Counted from the first letter of the stretch, positions 9,125-22,012 are shown. The stretch is DNA of 64,000 nucleotides from an uncultured Actinomycetes bacterium (GCA_963737445.1 CAVTSO010000025.1:204142-268141); one strand, 5' to 3'. Made by a program: numbers and translations. Notes: generated by a model not told the origin, from the sequence alone.

Positions 9125-10072
9125 ATGACGCAGAACTCGGAGCATCACTACCACAAGGCAACCGTCATCGGCGGGGGCGTCATCGGCGCCTCCTGGACCG
9201 CGTTGTTCCTCGCCCGAGGACTGGACGTCACGGTCTGTGATCCGGCGCCCGGGATCGAGCAGCGGATCCGCACGGAGCTTGCCGCCATCGCGCCGAACCT
9301 CGAGCAGCTGGGCTTGCCGATCGTCTCGAGCCCGTCGATGCCCTTGCTCTTCGACTCGGATATCGCGACGGCAGTGGCCGGCTCAGACATCGTGCAGGAG
9401 AACGGCCCCCAGCGGCTCGAGATCAAGCAGCAGATGCGGCAGGCGGTGGAATCGGGTGCGCCTGCCGATGCGATCTTCGCGTCGTCGTCCTCCAGCATTC
9501 CGGCGTCAGCGATGGCCACGGGGATGAGGGATTCCAGCCGGCTCATCATCGGGCATCCCTTCAACCCGCCCCACCTGGTTCCGCTGGTTGAAATCGTGGC
9601 CTCGTCGAGCACGCCTGCGGACGTCGTCGACCGCGCTGTCGCATTTTATCTGGCCATGGGCAAGCGGCCGCAGGTACTGGCGAAGGGGATACCCGGCTTC
9701 GTTGCCAACCGGCTGCAGGCGGCGCTGTTTCGCGAGGCCGTCTACCTGGTGGCGCAGGGCGTCGTCAGCGAGCAGCAGCTGGACGACGTCGTGACGAGCT
9801 CGATCGGGATGCGCTGGGCGGTGGGAGGGCCCTTCCAGAGCTTCCATCTGGGCGGCGGCCCCGGCGGACTCGGCGACTTCATCAGCCACCTCGGCCCGGC
9901 GCTGGAGGGGCTGTGGAAGGTGCTGGGCGCCGCGACCTTCGACGAGGCAACCGTGGCGACGCTCACGGCGCAGGCAGCCAACTTCGGCGGAACGGTGGAG
10001 GAGCTCGCGGCACGGCGCGACGACGCCGAGCTGCGGCTGCTGCGGGCACTTGATGAGGTGCCGGCGGCGTGA
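9125..10072 (+). CDS. 3-hydroxyacyl-CoA dehydrogenase family (carnitine dehydrogenase/lambda-crystallin-like)
   Basis: GGGVIGASW, VQENGP, ASSSS, GHPFNPPHLVPLVE, GFVANRLQ. Confidence 0.92.
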   Translation: MTQNSEHHYHKATVIGGGVIGASWTALFLARGLDVTVCDPAPGIEQRIRTELAAIAPNLEQLGLPIVSSPSMPLLFDSDIATAVAGSDIVQENGPQRLEIKQQMRQAVESGAPADAIFASSSSSIPASAMATGMRDSSRLIIGHPFNPPHLVPLVEIVASSSTPADVVDRAVAFYLAMGKRPQVLAKGIPGFVANRLQAALFREAVYLVAQGVVSEQQLDDVVTSSIGMRWAVGGPFQSFHLGGGPGGLGDFISHLGPALEGLWKVLGAATFDEATVATLTAQAANFGGTVEELAARRDDAELRLLRALDEVPAA

Positions 10073-10149
10073 GCACCGCCCGCCAATCATCTAGTGGGAC
10101 GCCTGCCCGGTTCGAGCGTAACCCCGGGTCACGGCAATCTGCCAGAGGC

Positions 10150-10482
10150 TCAACCCCTCGTGGAGAGCCGCCGCGAGGCCGAGAGCCGCCGCAATGGCGA
10201 GCAGCGCAAGCTGAAGGACGGTGAGCCCTCTGCGCCGATCAGCTCGTTTCGAGCGCTCGTCACCCGGATCAGCTCGTCCAGCTTGACGTTCAGCGCGCGC
10301 GACTCGCGACTCGAGGTGTGCGGCACCACGAACACCATCACGACCGTGACCAGCGTGGCGATGGATGCCACCGCCGCCAGCTTGCCGACGACCAGGCCGA
10401 CAATCAGCGCCACGAAGACGACGCCGGACGCGGCAGCGAACGCCTTCTGGTCTCCCAGCGCGTCGGTTATCTGGTCGATCAC
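10150..10482 (-). CDS. Low-affinity iron permease (Fet4-like) small membrane protein, degenerate
   Basis: Two TM segments followed by RESRALNVKLDELIRV..ARNELIGAE; C-terminus probably frameshifted. Confidence 0.6.
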   Translation of the reverse strand: MIDQITDALGDQKAFAAASGVVFVALIVGLVVGKLAAVASIATLVTVVMVFVVPHTSSRESRALNVKLDELIRVTSARNELIGAEGSPSFSLRCSPLRRLSASRRLSTRG

Positions 10483-10543
10483 CCGACTGGTGGGTGCGCG
10501 TTTCTCCCGGCCGAAGGTCGGTCAGCAGCCATGCCGGCGACGG

Positions 10544-10690
10544 CTAGCGCACCCGGGTGGATGGGATCCGGCTGACTGTCGCCGTGAAGAGACGGCGGGC
10601 GCCGGCGATCAGCCGGGCTCGGCGGCGCCAGGCGAATCGGAGAATTGCCATACCGACGGTGGTGCGGAGCAGGCGTAGCAGAAGGATCAT
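10544..10690 (-). CDS. Possible small basic/hydrophobic protein (48 aa)
   Basis: MILLLRLLRTTVGMAILRFAWRRRARLIAG...; fills the intergenic gap. Confidence 0.3.
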   Translation of the reverse strand: MILLLRLLRTTVGMAILRFAWRRRARLIAGARRLFTATVSRIPSTRVR

Positions 10691-10859
10691 CCGACAGGCG
10701 ATTACCCGCCCGGCGTCGGGCCGAAACCAGTCTGACTGACGCTGGCTCGGCCTCGCTCGGCTGCGAAGTTGGATCTGACTCCGGACTGACCGTACGGGCG
10801 CGGCACGCGGTACCATGCTCCTCGCGATACGGCCGTACTGTCCGGGGATTGGAGAGCTA

Positions 10860-11198
10860 GTGAGCAACGAGGACCGGGAAGCCATTCGCCGTGACCGGCT
10901 CGTGAAGAACGAGCTGGCGTTTCGCGATTACAACAACCGGCGGGCGGAGGTCGAGCAGCAAGCCGTCGCTCTGGATGGCGTCGAGGAAGAACTCGTGCCT
11001 TTCGTATGCGAATGCGGCAGCGCGGATTGCATCGGCGCCTTGATGGTCACGGTCAGCGAATACGAGGCTGCGCATTCAGCGCCGAACCGGTTCGTCGTCA
11101 AGGCCGGTCACATCTACCCGGACGTCGAGTTCGTCGCCGACCAGCACGAGCATTACTGGGTGGTGGAAAAGCACCCCGGCGAAATGCCACTGCACTGA
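10860..11198 (+). CDS. Hypothetical protein with CEC..C..H putative metal site
   Basis: KNELAFRDYNNR, FVCECGSADC, EYEAAH, FVVKAGH, VVEK; GGAG RBS before GTG. Confidence 0.75.
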   Translation: MSNEDREAIRRDRLVKNELAFRDYNNRRAEVEQQAVALDGVEEELVPFVCECGSADCIGALMVTVSEYEAAHSAPNRFVVKAGHIYPDVEFVADQHEHYWVVEKHPGEMPLH

Positions 11199-11208
11199 AC
11201 GAACTGGC

Positions 11209-11600
11209 TTAGGCGGCGGTCAGACGTGCGTCCTGGGCGGCGGCGATGTGGTACGCCTGGGCGGCTGACGCCTGGTAGCCAAACAGGAAGACACCGCCGA
11301 TGGCGTTTCCGTGAGACCACATGACCATGTAGACGGGGACCATCGCTCGCCCCTGATGGGTCTGTCCCTGCCATGCCGAGACCTGGTCGCCGACGACGTT
11401 GGGCGGCGGGTGCAAGAGCCTTGCGTGGGCGATCTGTGCTGCGTTTCGCGCCGACCATGAATCCGCCACCTGGAGCGCGGCGGCCGAGTTGTCGTAGGTG
11501 AATGCTCCGAGCAGGACGCCGTCCTTCTTGCCGTCGGTGTAGAGACCCTGGTATCCGGACCGGTAGGACGCCTGCTCGATCTTCCGCAGCGAGATTCCCC
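11209..11600 (-). CDS. Hypothetical protein, 5' end uncertain
   Basis: Protein-like core (YRSGYQGLY, VGDQVSAW, YMVMWSHGNAIGGV); the extended ORF overlaps the ftsH start. Confidence 0.4.
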
Positions 11601-11678
11601 GCGCATCCCGGCTACGCGGATCCCGCAACGGATGGGCGAGAACTCCACCACCCTCCTTTGCAGCCGGCAAGGTAGCCT

Positions 11679-13676
<1,998 letters not shown>

Positions 13677-13681
13677 CCCGC

Positions 13682-14626
13682 GTGCTGGTCACCGGCGCGT
13701 ACGGCTGCATCGGCTCCTGGGTGGCGAGGGACCTGGTCGGGCGGGGGATCGATGTGATCGCCTACGACATCGGGGACGACCCACGGCGGATGGCGCTGAT
13801 CATGGACGAGCCCGAGCTGGCGCGAGTCGCGCACGTGCGCGGCGACATCACCGACCTGGAGGCGCTGGAGGCGGTGATCGACGGCGAGCGGATCACGAAC
13901 ATCATCCACCTCGCCGCGCTCCAGGTGCCGTTCTGCCGTGCCGACCCGCCGCTGGGAGCGCGTGTCAACGTCGTCGGCACGGTCAACGTGCTCGAAGCGG
14001 TTGGGCGCCGGCTGGACCGGATCGGGCCAGTGGTGTACGCATCGTCGATCGCCGCCTACGACGCGATCGACGCGGGCGACGGCCCCGCCATGTCGGGCAC
14101 TCCGGGAACGATCTACGGTGTGTACAAACGAGCCAACGAAGGCAGCGCCTGGGTGTACCACGAGGAGCGCGGCGTGGCCAGCATCGGCCTGCGGCCACAC
14201 ACCGTCTACGGCCCCGGCCGCGACCAGGGCCTGACCTCGGCGCCGACCAGCGCGATGCTGGCGGCCGCAGCAGGCCGCGAGTTCAAGATCCCCTACGGCG
14301 GCACCAGCCAGTTCCAGTACGCCCCTGACGTGGCCCGCGCATTCGTCCAGGCCGCGCTGGCCGACTACGACGGCGCCAGCGTCCACAACCTGGCCGGGCA
14401 GGCGGTCTCGATGGAGGGCGTGGTCGCGGCGATCGAGGCGGCCGCGCCCGAGGCGGGCGGCCTGATCAGCTACGACGACGTCACGCTGCCCTTCCCCGAG
14501 GCGGTGGACGCGGCGTCGCTGACCGAGCTGATCGGACCGGTCGAGGAGCTGCCGTTCCGGGAGGGCGTCGCCGAATCGGTCGACCGCTTCCGCCGCCTGC
14601 TCGCCGACGGCCGAGTGGCCGCCTGA
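13682..14626 (+). CDS. NAD-dependent epimerase/dehydratase
   Basis: TGAYGCIG, HLAALQ, YASSIA, YGVYK, VYGPGRD. Confidence 0.9.
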   Translation: MLVTGAYGCIGSWVARDLVGRGIDVIAYDIGDDPRRMALIMDEPELARVAHVRGDITDLEALEAVIDGERITNIIHLAALQVPFCRADPPLGARVNVVGTVNVLEAVGRRLDRIGPVVYASSIAAYDAIDAGDGPAMSGTPGTIYGVYKRANEGSAWVYHEERGVASIGLRPHTVYGPGRDQGLTSAPTSAMLAAAAGREFKIPYGGTSQFQYAPDVARAFVQAALADYDGASVHNLAGQAVSMEGVVAAIEAAAPEAGGLISYDDVTLPFPEAVDAASLTELIGPVEELPFREGVAESVDRFRRLLADGRVAA

Positions 14627-14627
14627 C

Positions 14628-16382
14628 CTACCAGCCCCCGATCGGGCCGCCGACCAGCCCCAGCGGCTCCGACTCCGCGGCCTCACCCGGGCGCGCGCGC
14701 AGGAAATCGAAGTCGCAGCCGGCGTCGGCCTGCATCACGCGGTCGATGTACAGCCGGCCGTAGCCGCGCGCGTAGCGGGGGATGGGGTCGGGCAGATCGG
14801 CGCGGCGCCGTTCGACCTCGGCAGCATCGAGCTCCAGCTCGATCGTGCGCGCGTCGACGTCAAGCGCGATCGGATCCCCGTTGCGCACGATCCCGAGCGG
14901 TCCCCCGCGAACGATTCGGGCGCCACATGCAGCACCACCGTTCCGAACGAGGTGCCGCTCATGCGCGCGTCCGAGATCCGCACCATGTCGGAGACGCCCG
15001 GCGCGAGCAGCTTCGGCCGGGATCGGCAGCTGCCCCCACTCGGGCATCCCGGGCGCACCCATCGGCCCGCTGTTTCGCAGCACCAGCACCGAGTCGGGGG
15101 TGACCTCGAGGTGCGGGTCGTCAATGCGCTCGGCCAGGTCGTCCACGTCCTCGAACACGACCGCCGGGCCGCGATGGCGGAGCAGCGTCGGGTGAGGCGG
15201 CGCTGCGCTTGATCAGCGCACCGGCGGGTGCCAGCGAGCCGCGCAGCACGGCGATCCCGCCCTCGGCCGCCAGCGGCTCTTCCAGCGAGGCGACGACCGA
15301 GCGGTCGGGCGGCTCGACGCCCCCGGCGAGGTTCTCGGCCAGGCTGCGACCGCTCACGCTCAGCGCTTCGGGGTCGAGCAGCGGCACCAGCTCGCTGCAG
15401 CACGCCGGCACGCCGCCGGCGTGGAACAGATGCTCGACCAGATGCTCACCGCGGGCCGGACGTTGGTCAGCACCGGCGTGCGCCGGGAGATCTCGTCGAA
15501 GCGGTCGAGCTCGAGGTCGATCCCGCCGCGGCCGGCCAGGGCGAGCAGGTGGATCACGGCGTTGGTCGACCCGCCGAGCGCCATCAGCAGCGTGATCGCG
15601 TTGTCGAAGGCGGCCGCCGTCAGGATCTGCGACGGCCGCGGTCCTCCCTCCAGCGCCAGCTCGACCGCCCGGCGGCCGCTCGCCTCCGCGGCGGCCGCGC
15701 GCCGCGCATCCACCGCCGGAATCGCCGCCGTTGCCCGGCAGGGCCATCCCCAGCCCCTCGACCAGCGAGGTCATCGTCGACGCGGTGCCCATCTCCTGGC
15801 AGTGGCCGGCCGAGGGCACCAACGCGGCCTCCAGCTCGTCGTACTCCGCGCGCCGAGATCCGCCCGGCCCGCAGGTCGTCGGTGTACCCCCACAGGTCGG
15901 TGCCGATGGAGATCTGCTCACCGCGGAACACGGCCGGCTGGGCTGGCCCGCCGGTGATCATGATCGCCGGGACGTCGACGCTGGCGGCGCCCATCAGCTG
16001 CGCGGGGACGGTCTTGTCGCAGCCGCCGATCAGCACCACGGCATCGATCGGATTGGCGCGGATCGTCTCCTCCACGTCCATCGCCATCAGGTTGCGGAAC
16101 ATCATGGTCGTCGGCTTCATCAACGGCTCGCCCAGCGAGATCGTCGGGAACTCGAGCGGCAGCCCGCCGGCCTGCAGCACGCCGCGCTTGACGGCGGCGG
16201 CCAGCGCCGCGGAAGTGGATGTTGCAGTTGACCAGCTCGCTCCACGAGTTGCAGACGCCGATCACCGGCCGGCCCTCGATCGCCTCCTGGGTGATCCCCT
16301 CAGATCGCAGGTACGAGCGGTGGATGAGGCCGGCCACGTCGTGCGTCCCAAACCACCGGGCGCTGCGCAGCGTCCCGCTCAT
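14628..16382 (-). CDS. IlvD/Edd family dehydratase (sugar-acid dehydratase type), at least six frameshifts as assembled
   Basis: Pieces in alternating frames: CNSWSELVNCN, GGCDKTVPAQLMGA, GHCQEMGTASTM, GGSTNAVIHL, GPMGAPGMPEWG, ISDARMSGTSFG. Confidence 0.88.
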
Positions 16383-17623
16383 GGCAGCTCGATCCCAAAC
16401 GGCGTCGCTGCCACGCCCTCCGCGGGTGGATGCCGCAGCAGATACTGCTGCTCGGCGGCCGTCTGGACCTCGTCGCCTGTCAGTCTCGCAAAACGGTCGA
16501 CCCGGTAGGGCGAGATGTCGGCGTCGGTGGCGCCGCTGGTGACGAGCTCGGCCACGATCCGCGACAGGCCCGGCCCGTGCGTGACACAGCACTCGTTGCA
16601 GCCGGCCAGCACCACGTAGCCCTCCACCCCCGGCGCCGGGCCGACGATGTGGCGGCCGTCAGGCGTCCAGGTGGGCAGGCCGCTGGCATGGCCGCGGATG
16701 GGGGCGTCGGCCAGCGCGGGGATCACACCGGCCAGCTCCCGGGCCAGGCGCTCGTGCTCCCGCACGGCATGGTCGGGGAGGTCGGCCGTGGACGGCGGAT
16801 CGGCCACATCGACCCGCGACCGATCCTCGATGGTGCGCTCGATCGCCCCAACCAGCAGGCCGCCGTCCTGCTCGCGCAGGTAGAGCAGGTCGCGCTCGAA
16901 GAACAGCATCATCGGCAGCTCGGGGGTGACGGCGGTGATCGGCTCGGTGGTGAAGCGCGACTCGAGCAGCGGGATCGCGCCGATGTCGACGCCGTCGCGC
17001 GCGCCCAGCGCCCGCGCGCCCGCCCCCGCCGCGTTCACCATGGCACCGGCGGCGACGGTGCCGGCGGACGTGCGCACGCCGGTGACGCGGCCGCCCTCGA
17101 CGACGGCGCCCGTGACGGCGGTGCCGGTGCGGACGTCGACGCCCACCGCCCGCAGCTCGCCGTCGAGCGCGCACATCACCCGGCCCGTGTCGACCTGGTA
17201 CGCGTCCGGCTGGAACAGCGCACCGTGCACCGACCCCGGCGCCAGGATCGGCGCCGCCCGCAGCGTCTCGGCCTCGTCCAGCATGACCACGTCCGGCGCG
17301 AAGTGGAGCTCGCGCTCGTACTCCTGGCGCAGCATCTCCACGCCTGGCTCGGACAGCGCCGGGAACAGCAGGCCCACTCGCCGCACGCCCAGGTCGCCGC
17401 CCGAGCGCTCCTGGAGGTCGGCGTAGAAGCGCATGCCGTACCCGGCCAGCTCCGCCTCCAGCTCGCCCGCCCAGTAGCCGACGAAGCCCGCCCCGGCGGC
17501 CGTGGTCTGGGTGCCGAGCGCGGGCCGGCGCTCGAGCAGGATCACGTCAGCGCCCGCGCGGGACAGGTGCAGGGCCGCCGTCGCGCCCAGGATGCCACCG
17601 CCCACCACGGCCACATCAGCCAT
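16379..17623 (-). CDS. FAD-dependent oxidoreductase, DAO/sarcosine oxidase-beta/glycine oxidase family
   Basis: VVGGGILG, TTAAGAG, VNAAGAG, WTPDGRHIVG, VTHGPG; stop overlaps the next start (ATGA). Confidence 0.9.
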   Translation of the reverse strand: MADVAVVGGGILGATAALHLSRAGADVILLERRPALGTQTTAAGAGFVGYWAGELEAELAGYGMRFYADLQERSGGDLGVRRVGLLFPALSEPGVEMLRQEYERELHFAPDVVMLDEAETLRAAPILAPGSVHGALFQPDAYQVDTGRVMCALDGELRAVGVDVRTGTAVTGAVVEGGRVTGVRTSAGTVAAGAMVNAAGAGARALGARDGVDIGAIPLLESRFTTEPITAVTPELPMMLFFERDLLYLREQDGGLLVGAIERTIEDRSRVDVADPPSTADLPDHAVREHERLARELAGVIPALADAPIRGHASGLPTWTPDGRHIVGPAPGVEGYVVLAGCNECCVTHGPGLSRIVAELVTSGATDADISPYRVDRFARLTGDEVQTAAEQQYLLRHPPAEGVAATPFGIELP

Positions 17624-18449
17624 CGGCTGCCACCTTAGGCCGCACCAGCGGCGCCCCGGCCACCCCGGGGTCGATCGCCTTCACGGCCCAGCCACACAGC
17701 GACGCCAGCACCAGCACGTCGAGCTGATCTCCGGCGAAGGCGAGGTTGGTCGGCGACATCACGTACTCCCCGGTCCAGTCGTCGACGACCATGTCCAGCG
17801 CGCCGCCGGCGTCGAGCCGGTAGATGCGGTTGGGCTGGTAGCAGCCGATCCAGACGCCGCCCTCGGCGTCGACCGCCAGCCCGTCGGGGACGGTGCGGGG
17901 CAGCTCGACCACCGGCTCCAGCTCACCCCCCGCCAGTGGCATCCGCACGACGCCCGGCATCTGCGATTCCACCAGGTAGAGGTGGTCGCCGCTGATCGCG
18001 CAGCCGTTGGCGAACCGCAGGGCCGGCACGTCAACCCGCTCGGTGGCACCGTCGGGGGCGATCCGCACCAGGCCGCCGGTGACCTCGTCCCAGGCGCCCG
18101 AGTCGGTCACCCAGAGGTTCCCGTCGCCATCGAACACGGGATAGTTCGGATACCCGACCCGCTCGCCGTGGCGCCGCACGTCACCGTCCGGCGAGATCCG
18201 CATCACGTAGCCGCTGTTCGGGTCGCAGGCGTAGACGTTGCGGTCGGCGTCCAGGGCCATCCCCAGCAGGAAGCCCCCGGGCACGGTGGCGACCGTGTCG
18301 ACGGCGCCTCCATCGAGCGCGAACCGGTAGAGCTGCCCCGCCTCCCCGCCGGCATAGACGGCCCCCTCGTCGGGCGACCAGCAGACGCCCTCGGGATGGT
18401 CGAGCCCGCCTGCGACGGTGCGAAGCCCGCGGCCGATGACCGGTTTCAC
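17616..18449 (-). CDS. SMP-30/gluconolactonase family protein
   Basis: DHPEGVCW, YPNYPVFD, FANGCA, VPDGLAVD, SPTNLAF; GTG start overlaps the upstream stop. Confidence 0.9.
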   Translation of the reverse strand: MKPVIGRGLRTVAGGLDHPEGVCWSPDEGAVYAGGEAGQLYRFALDGGAVDTVATVPGGFLLGMALDADRNVYACDPNSGYVMRISPDGDVRRHGERVGYPNYPVFDGDGNLWVTDSGAWDEVTGGLVRIAPDGATERVDVPALRFANGCAISGDHLYLVESQMPGVVRMPLAGGELEPVVELPRTVPDGLAVDAEGGVWIGCYQPNRIYRLDAGGALDMVVDDWTGEYVMSPTNLAFAGDQLDVLVLASLCGWAVKAIDPGVAGAPLVRPKVAADG

Positions 18450-19429
18450 GCCTCCACTCCGCCGTCCGCCGACAGACGCGAGACGCTGTCGACACCCTCG
18501 TAGACGACGGTGGCGACCTCGGTCTCGAGCACGCCGCCGGCATCGAGCACGCGTGCCCGTCCGGCCTCCACCGCCTCCGCCAGCGGGCTGGGATAGCCCG
18601 TCCACGGCTCGACGATGGCGTGGTAGTACCCGCGCCAACCGCCGTAGACCATCCACAGCCAGACGACGGAAAACAGCGTCTGGTCGAACACCAGCCCGAA
18701 CCCGCGCCGCTCGGCCGTGTCGGTGGTCGCCACCCAGCCCTCCCGCAGCTCGGTCAGGTAGTGCAGCGCGAAGCAGTTCGCGTCCGGCCCGAGCGCACGG
18801 CGCACGTCCAGGTCGTTGAACTGCGGCCAGTCGTAGCGGTCGCCCTTGACGCCGAGCGTGCCACCGCCGTTCTCGTCCACCTCCGCCTTCTGAGCCGGCA
18901 CGTCGAACCGGTGCGCGGGCGAGATCGCAGCGACCGGGTGCAAGCCCCAGTTGTAGTCGAACGGCATCGTGCCGACGTTCTCCAGCCGGTATGCGATCCG
19001 CAGCACCGGATCGTCGTCAGACAGGGTGAGCCGGCGTGTCCAGCGGGCGGGCGTGATCGGCGTGGTCAGGTCCAGCTCGAGCTCGACGCCGGCGGGGTCG
19101 TTGCGGGCGATCCGGTACGACGCGGCCGTCGTCCACAGCTCGCCCATGTAGGGCAGCTGGTCGCCGTAGCGGTTCGGCGACGGCGCGCCGCCCGGGAACG
19201 CCTCGTCCCATCCTCCCGGCCAGTGGTCGTCGAAGTTCGCGTGCAGCTCGGCCCGGTGCGGCTCGACGCGGGGCGAGTGCCACAGCAGGTCGCGGTCGCC
19301 GCGCTTGTCGATCAGGCGCAGGATCTTGCCGCCCAGCTCCGGCAGGACGTCCACTGCCAGCCGGGCGTTCTCGAGCCGCACGGTGCGCAGGCCGTGGTAC
19401 TGCCACCGGTCGTCGATACGGGCGCCCAT
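18446..19429 (-). CDS. Aldose 1-epimerase/galactose mutarotase-like (DUF5107-like) protein
   Basis: LENARLAVDVLPELGGKI, GGWDEAFP, GELW, NWGLHP, WLWMVYGGW, EPWTG. Confidence 0.8.
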   Translation of the reverse strand: MGARIDDRWQYHGLRTVRLENARLAVDVLPELGGKILRLIDKRGDRDLLWHSPRVEPHRAELHANFDDHWPGGWDEAFPGGAPSPNRYGDQLPYMGELWTTAASYRIARNDPAGVELELDLTTPITPARWTRRLTLSDDDPVLRIAYRLENVGTMPFDYNWGLHPVAAISPAHRFDVPAQKAEVDENGGGTLGVKGDRYDWPQFNDLDVRRALGPDANCFALHYLTELREGWVATTDTAERRGFGLVFDQTLFSVVWLWMVYGGWRGYYHAIVEPWTGYPSPLAEAVEAGRARVLDAGGVLETEVATVVYEGVDSVSRLSADGGVEA

Positions 19430-20199
19430 CAGTAGCACGTGGCCAGCAGGCCGCCGTCGACGACAAGGGGCTGGCCGCTCATGAACGACGCGTCGTCACC
19501 GGCCAGGAACACGGCCGTGCGGGCGATCTCGCGCGGTGCCGCGATCCGTTCCAGTGGATACTCGGCGCTGACCTGCGCGCGCAGCGCGGCCGGATCGTCG
19601 GCCGTGTCGAAGTAGGCCTGCACCAGCGGGGTGTCGATGTCGCCGGGGCAGATGGCGTTGCAGCGGATGCCGTCGCGGCCGTACTGGACGGCCGTAGCGC
19701 GGGTGATGCCGAGCACGCCGCCCTTGGCGGCGCAGTACGCCGCCAGGATGCCGTCGCCGACCAGGCCCAGGATGGAGGCGATGTTGACGATCGAGCCGCC
19801 GCCGGCCGGGCGCATCACGCGCACCGCGTGCTTGCAGCCGAAGAACACACCCTTCAGGTTGACGGCGAGGATGCGGTCGAGCTGCTCCTCGGTGGTCTCG
19901 GCCAGCTCCTGCTCGATCTGCACCGCCGCGTTGTTGACCATCACGTGCAGGCGTCCGTGAAGCTCGACGGCGCGCGCCACCAGCGCCTCCACCTCCGCCT
20001 CGCGGGAGACGTCGGCGTGCAGGTACTCGCCGATCCCCGACATCGTCGCCGCGCCGGCCGCGTCGTCGACGTCGCAGCCCAGCACCAGCGCGCCCTCGGC
20101 GGCGAACTCGCGGGCGATCGCCTGGCCCAGGCCCGAGCCAACGCCCGTCACCACCGCGCTGCGCCCCTCCAGGGATCGCGGCCGCATCTCAGTAGCCAT
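19429..20199 (-). CDS. SDR family oxidoreductase
   Basis: TGVGSGLG, VNNAA, NIAS, YCAAK, CPGDIDT. Confidence 0.94.
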   Translation of the reverse strand: MATEMRPRSLEGRSAVVTGVGSGLGQAIAREFAAEGALVLGCDVDDAAGAATMSGIGEYLHADVSREAEVEALVARAVELHGRLHVMVNNAAVQIEQELAETTEEQLDRILAVNLKGVFFGCKHAVRVMRPAGGGSIVNIASILGLVGDGILAAYCAAKGGVLGITRATAVQYGRDGIRCNAICPGDIDTPLVQAYFDTADDPAALRAQVSAEYPLERIAAPREIARTAVFLAGDDASFMSGQPLVVDGGLLATCY

Positions 20200-20962
20200 G
20201 CCGTTCCACCTCCTCGGGATCCTCGTACCATCGAACCTTGTCGCCGACCCGCGCGCGCAGCTTCCACTTCGAGCCCTTCGGCTCGTCCTCCATGGCGCGC
20301 TCGATCGCGGCCAGCCGCTGGATGATCAGGTCGCGCTCGCCGTCGCTCAGCGGGGCGTCGCCGACCCCCTCGCGCAGCTTCTCGAGGTTCAGCTGCAGGG
20401 TCCGGTAGAGCCCCCAGTCGCGCGCGCACAGGCGTGCCACCCAGGCCGCGTTGATGGCCCCGTCGTCGTGCGTCCCGACATCCAGGGCCAGGAGCAGCGC
20501 GTAGGCATCGTTTCGGTCCTTCTTGTTCAGCCGCACGATCTGGAGCTTCGTCAGGAGCAGGTCGGCGGCGGGCAAGGTCAGCGGCACGACGTCCAGCCGG
20601 TCGGCGATCGGCAGCGTGTGGCACATCTCGAAAGTGCCGACGAACACGTCCAGCTGGCGCTTGTTCGGCTCGTCGTAGAACAGCAGCCGGCGTGCGCCGT
20701 GCATGCGGTTGAACATCTGGTTGGGCTCATAGCCCTGCTCGGCCAGGCTCTGCGCTAACTGGCGGCCGTGGCGCGAGTCGGTGACCAGGTCGATGTCGTT
20801 GTACTCGCGGGCCAGCTCTGGCGGATAGGCGGCCGCGGCCACCAGCCGGATCCCGAGCCCGCCCAGCAATCGCACCGGAATGCCCTGTGCGTCGAGAACG
20901 CCCGACAGCCGCCGGCTCTCCTCGATCACGTCCGGCAGGATCCGGGAGCCGTTGACGCTCAC
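20189..20962 (-). CDS. Uncharacterised nucleotidyltransferase-fold protein
   Basis: LLGGLGI...YNDIDLV (GG..DxD), third Asp in QLDVF, MCH, DLLLTKLQI, KDRND. Confidence 0.75.
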   Translation of the reverse strand: MSVNGSRILPDVIEESRRLSGVLDAQGIPVRLLGGLGIRLVAAAAYPPELAREYNDIDLVTDSRHGRQLAQSLAEQGYEPNQMFNRMHGARRLLFYDEPNKRQLDVFVGTFEMCHTLPIADRLDVVPLTLPAADLLLTKLQIVRLNKKDRNDAYALLLALDVGTHDDGAINAAWVARLCARDWGLYRTLQLNLEKLREGVGDAPLSDGERDLIIQRLAAIERAMEDEPKGSKWKLRARVGDKVRWYEDPEEVERHGY

Positions 20963-21999
20963 GCCGATCCCCGGATGCGCAGCTCGACCGGCAGCATCAC
21001 GTGGCGCCGCTTGATCGCAACACCGTCGAGGTGGTCGATCAGCAGTTGCGCCGCCTCACAGCCCATCTCGTAGCCCGGCACGTGCACGGTCGTGAGCGGC
21101 GGCTCGACGAACTCGGCGAACGCGAAGTCGTTGAACCCGGTGACGGCGAGGTCCTGGGGGACGCGCAGGCCACGCGCGCGGGCCTGCCGCATGGCGCCGA
21201 TCGCGAGCAGGTCGTTGCCTCCCATGATCGCGGTGGGCGGGTCGGGCATGGACAGCAGGCGGTCGACCATGGTCGCGGCCACGGCGGTGTCCCAGGTGCC
21301 CTCGAACAGCTCGAGCTCGCGGTCGACGGCGATGCCGGCGGCGGCCAGCGCATCGTGGTAGCCGCGGTGGCGCTGCTCGAGCATCGGCCAGGGCTGGTGC
21401 GCGGCGATGAATGCGATCCGGCGGTGCCCGCGCTCGATCAGGTGCTCGGCCAGCCGCCGCGCGCCGGCGCGGTTGTCGGCCCGCACCGACATCGTTACCG
21501 CGCCCCCGCCCCGTGGCTCCTCGAGCAGCACCACCGGCACGTGCAGCTCGGCCGCCCGCGCCGGATACCAAGCCCGTTGCTCGCGGGGGCCGGACAGAAA
21601 CAGGAGCGCGCCGTCCACGCGCGACTCCAGCACGGGCTTGAGCAGGCCGCTGTCGGGTGGCCCCGGCCGGCCGGCATGGATCAGCACGCTGTAGCCGCGG
21701 TCGCGCGCGACGTCGCCGACGCCCGCGATCACCTGATCGGTCATCGGGTCGGCGAGGTAGCGCGCGCCCTCGTCCAGCAGCAGGAATCCGATCGTGGCGG
21801 TGCGGGCCGAGCGCAACCCGCGGGCGGTCAGGTTGGGGTGATAGCCGAGCTCGGCCATCGCCTCCTCGATCCGCAGCCGCGTCACCTCGGACATCTGCCG
21901 TAGGCGATTGTTGACCAGATTGGAAACGGTCTGCACCGATACGCCTGAGTGCTCGGCCACGTCGCGCATCGTGGGCCGTCTGCGAATCGTGCCCGTCAT
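20959..21999 (-). CDS. LacI family transcriptional regulator
   Basis: PTMRDVAEHSGVSVQTVSNLVN, LGYHPNLTARGL, DNRAGA, GGNDLLAIG, PPLTTV. Confidence 0.96.
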   Translation of the reverse strand: MTGTIRRRPTMRDVAEHSGVSVQTVSNLVNNRLRQMSEVTRLRIEEAMAELGYHPNLTARGLRSARTATIGFLLLDEGARYLADPMTDQVIAGVGDVARDRGYSVLIHAGRPGPPDSGLLKPVLESRVDGALLFLSGPREQRAWYPARAAELHVPVVLLEEPRGGGAVTMSVRADNRAGARRLAEHLIERGHRRIAFIAAHQPWPMLEQRHRGYHDALAAAGIAVDRELELFEGTWDTAVAATMVDRLLSMPDPPTAIMGGNDLLAIGAMRQARARGLRVPQDLAVTGFNDFAFAEFVEPPLTTVHVPGYEMGCEAAQLLIDHLDGVAIKRRHVMLPVELRIRGSA

Positions 22000-22012
22000 C
22001 CACCCACTTTAC

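Noticed and set aside
20189-20962. Nucleotidyltransferase as an AbiE/MNT-HEPN toxin-antitoxin or CBASS component
   Set aside because: No antitoxin, HEPN or effector neighbour. It is translationally coupled within a catabolic operon.
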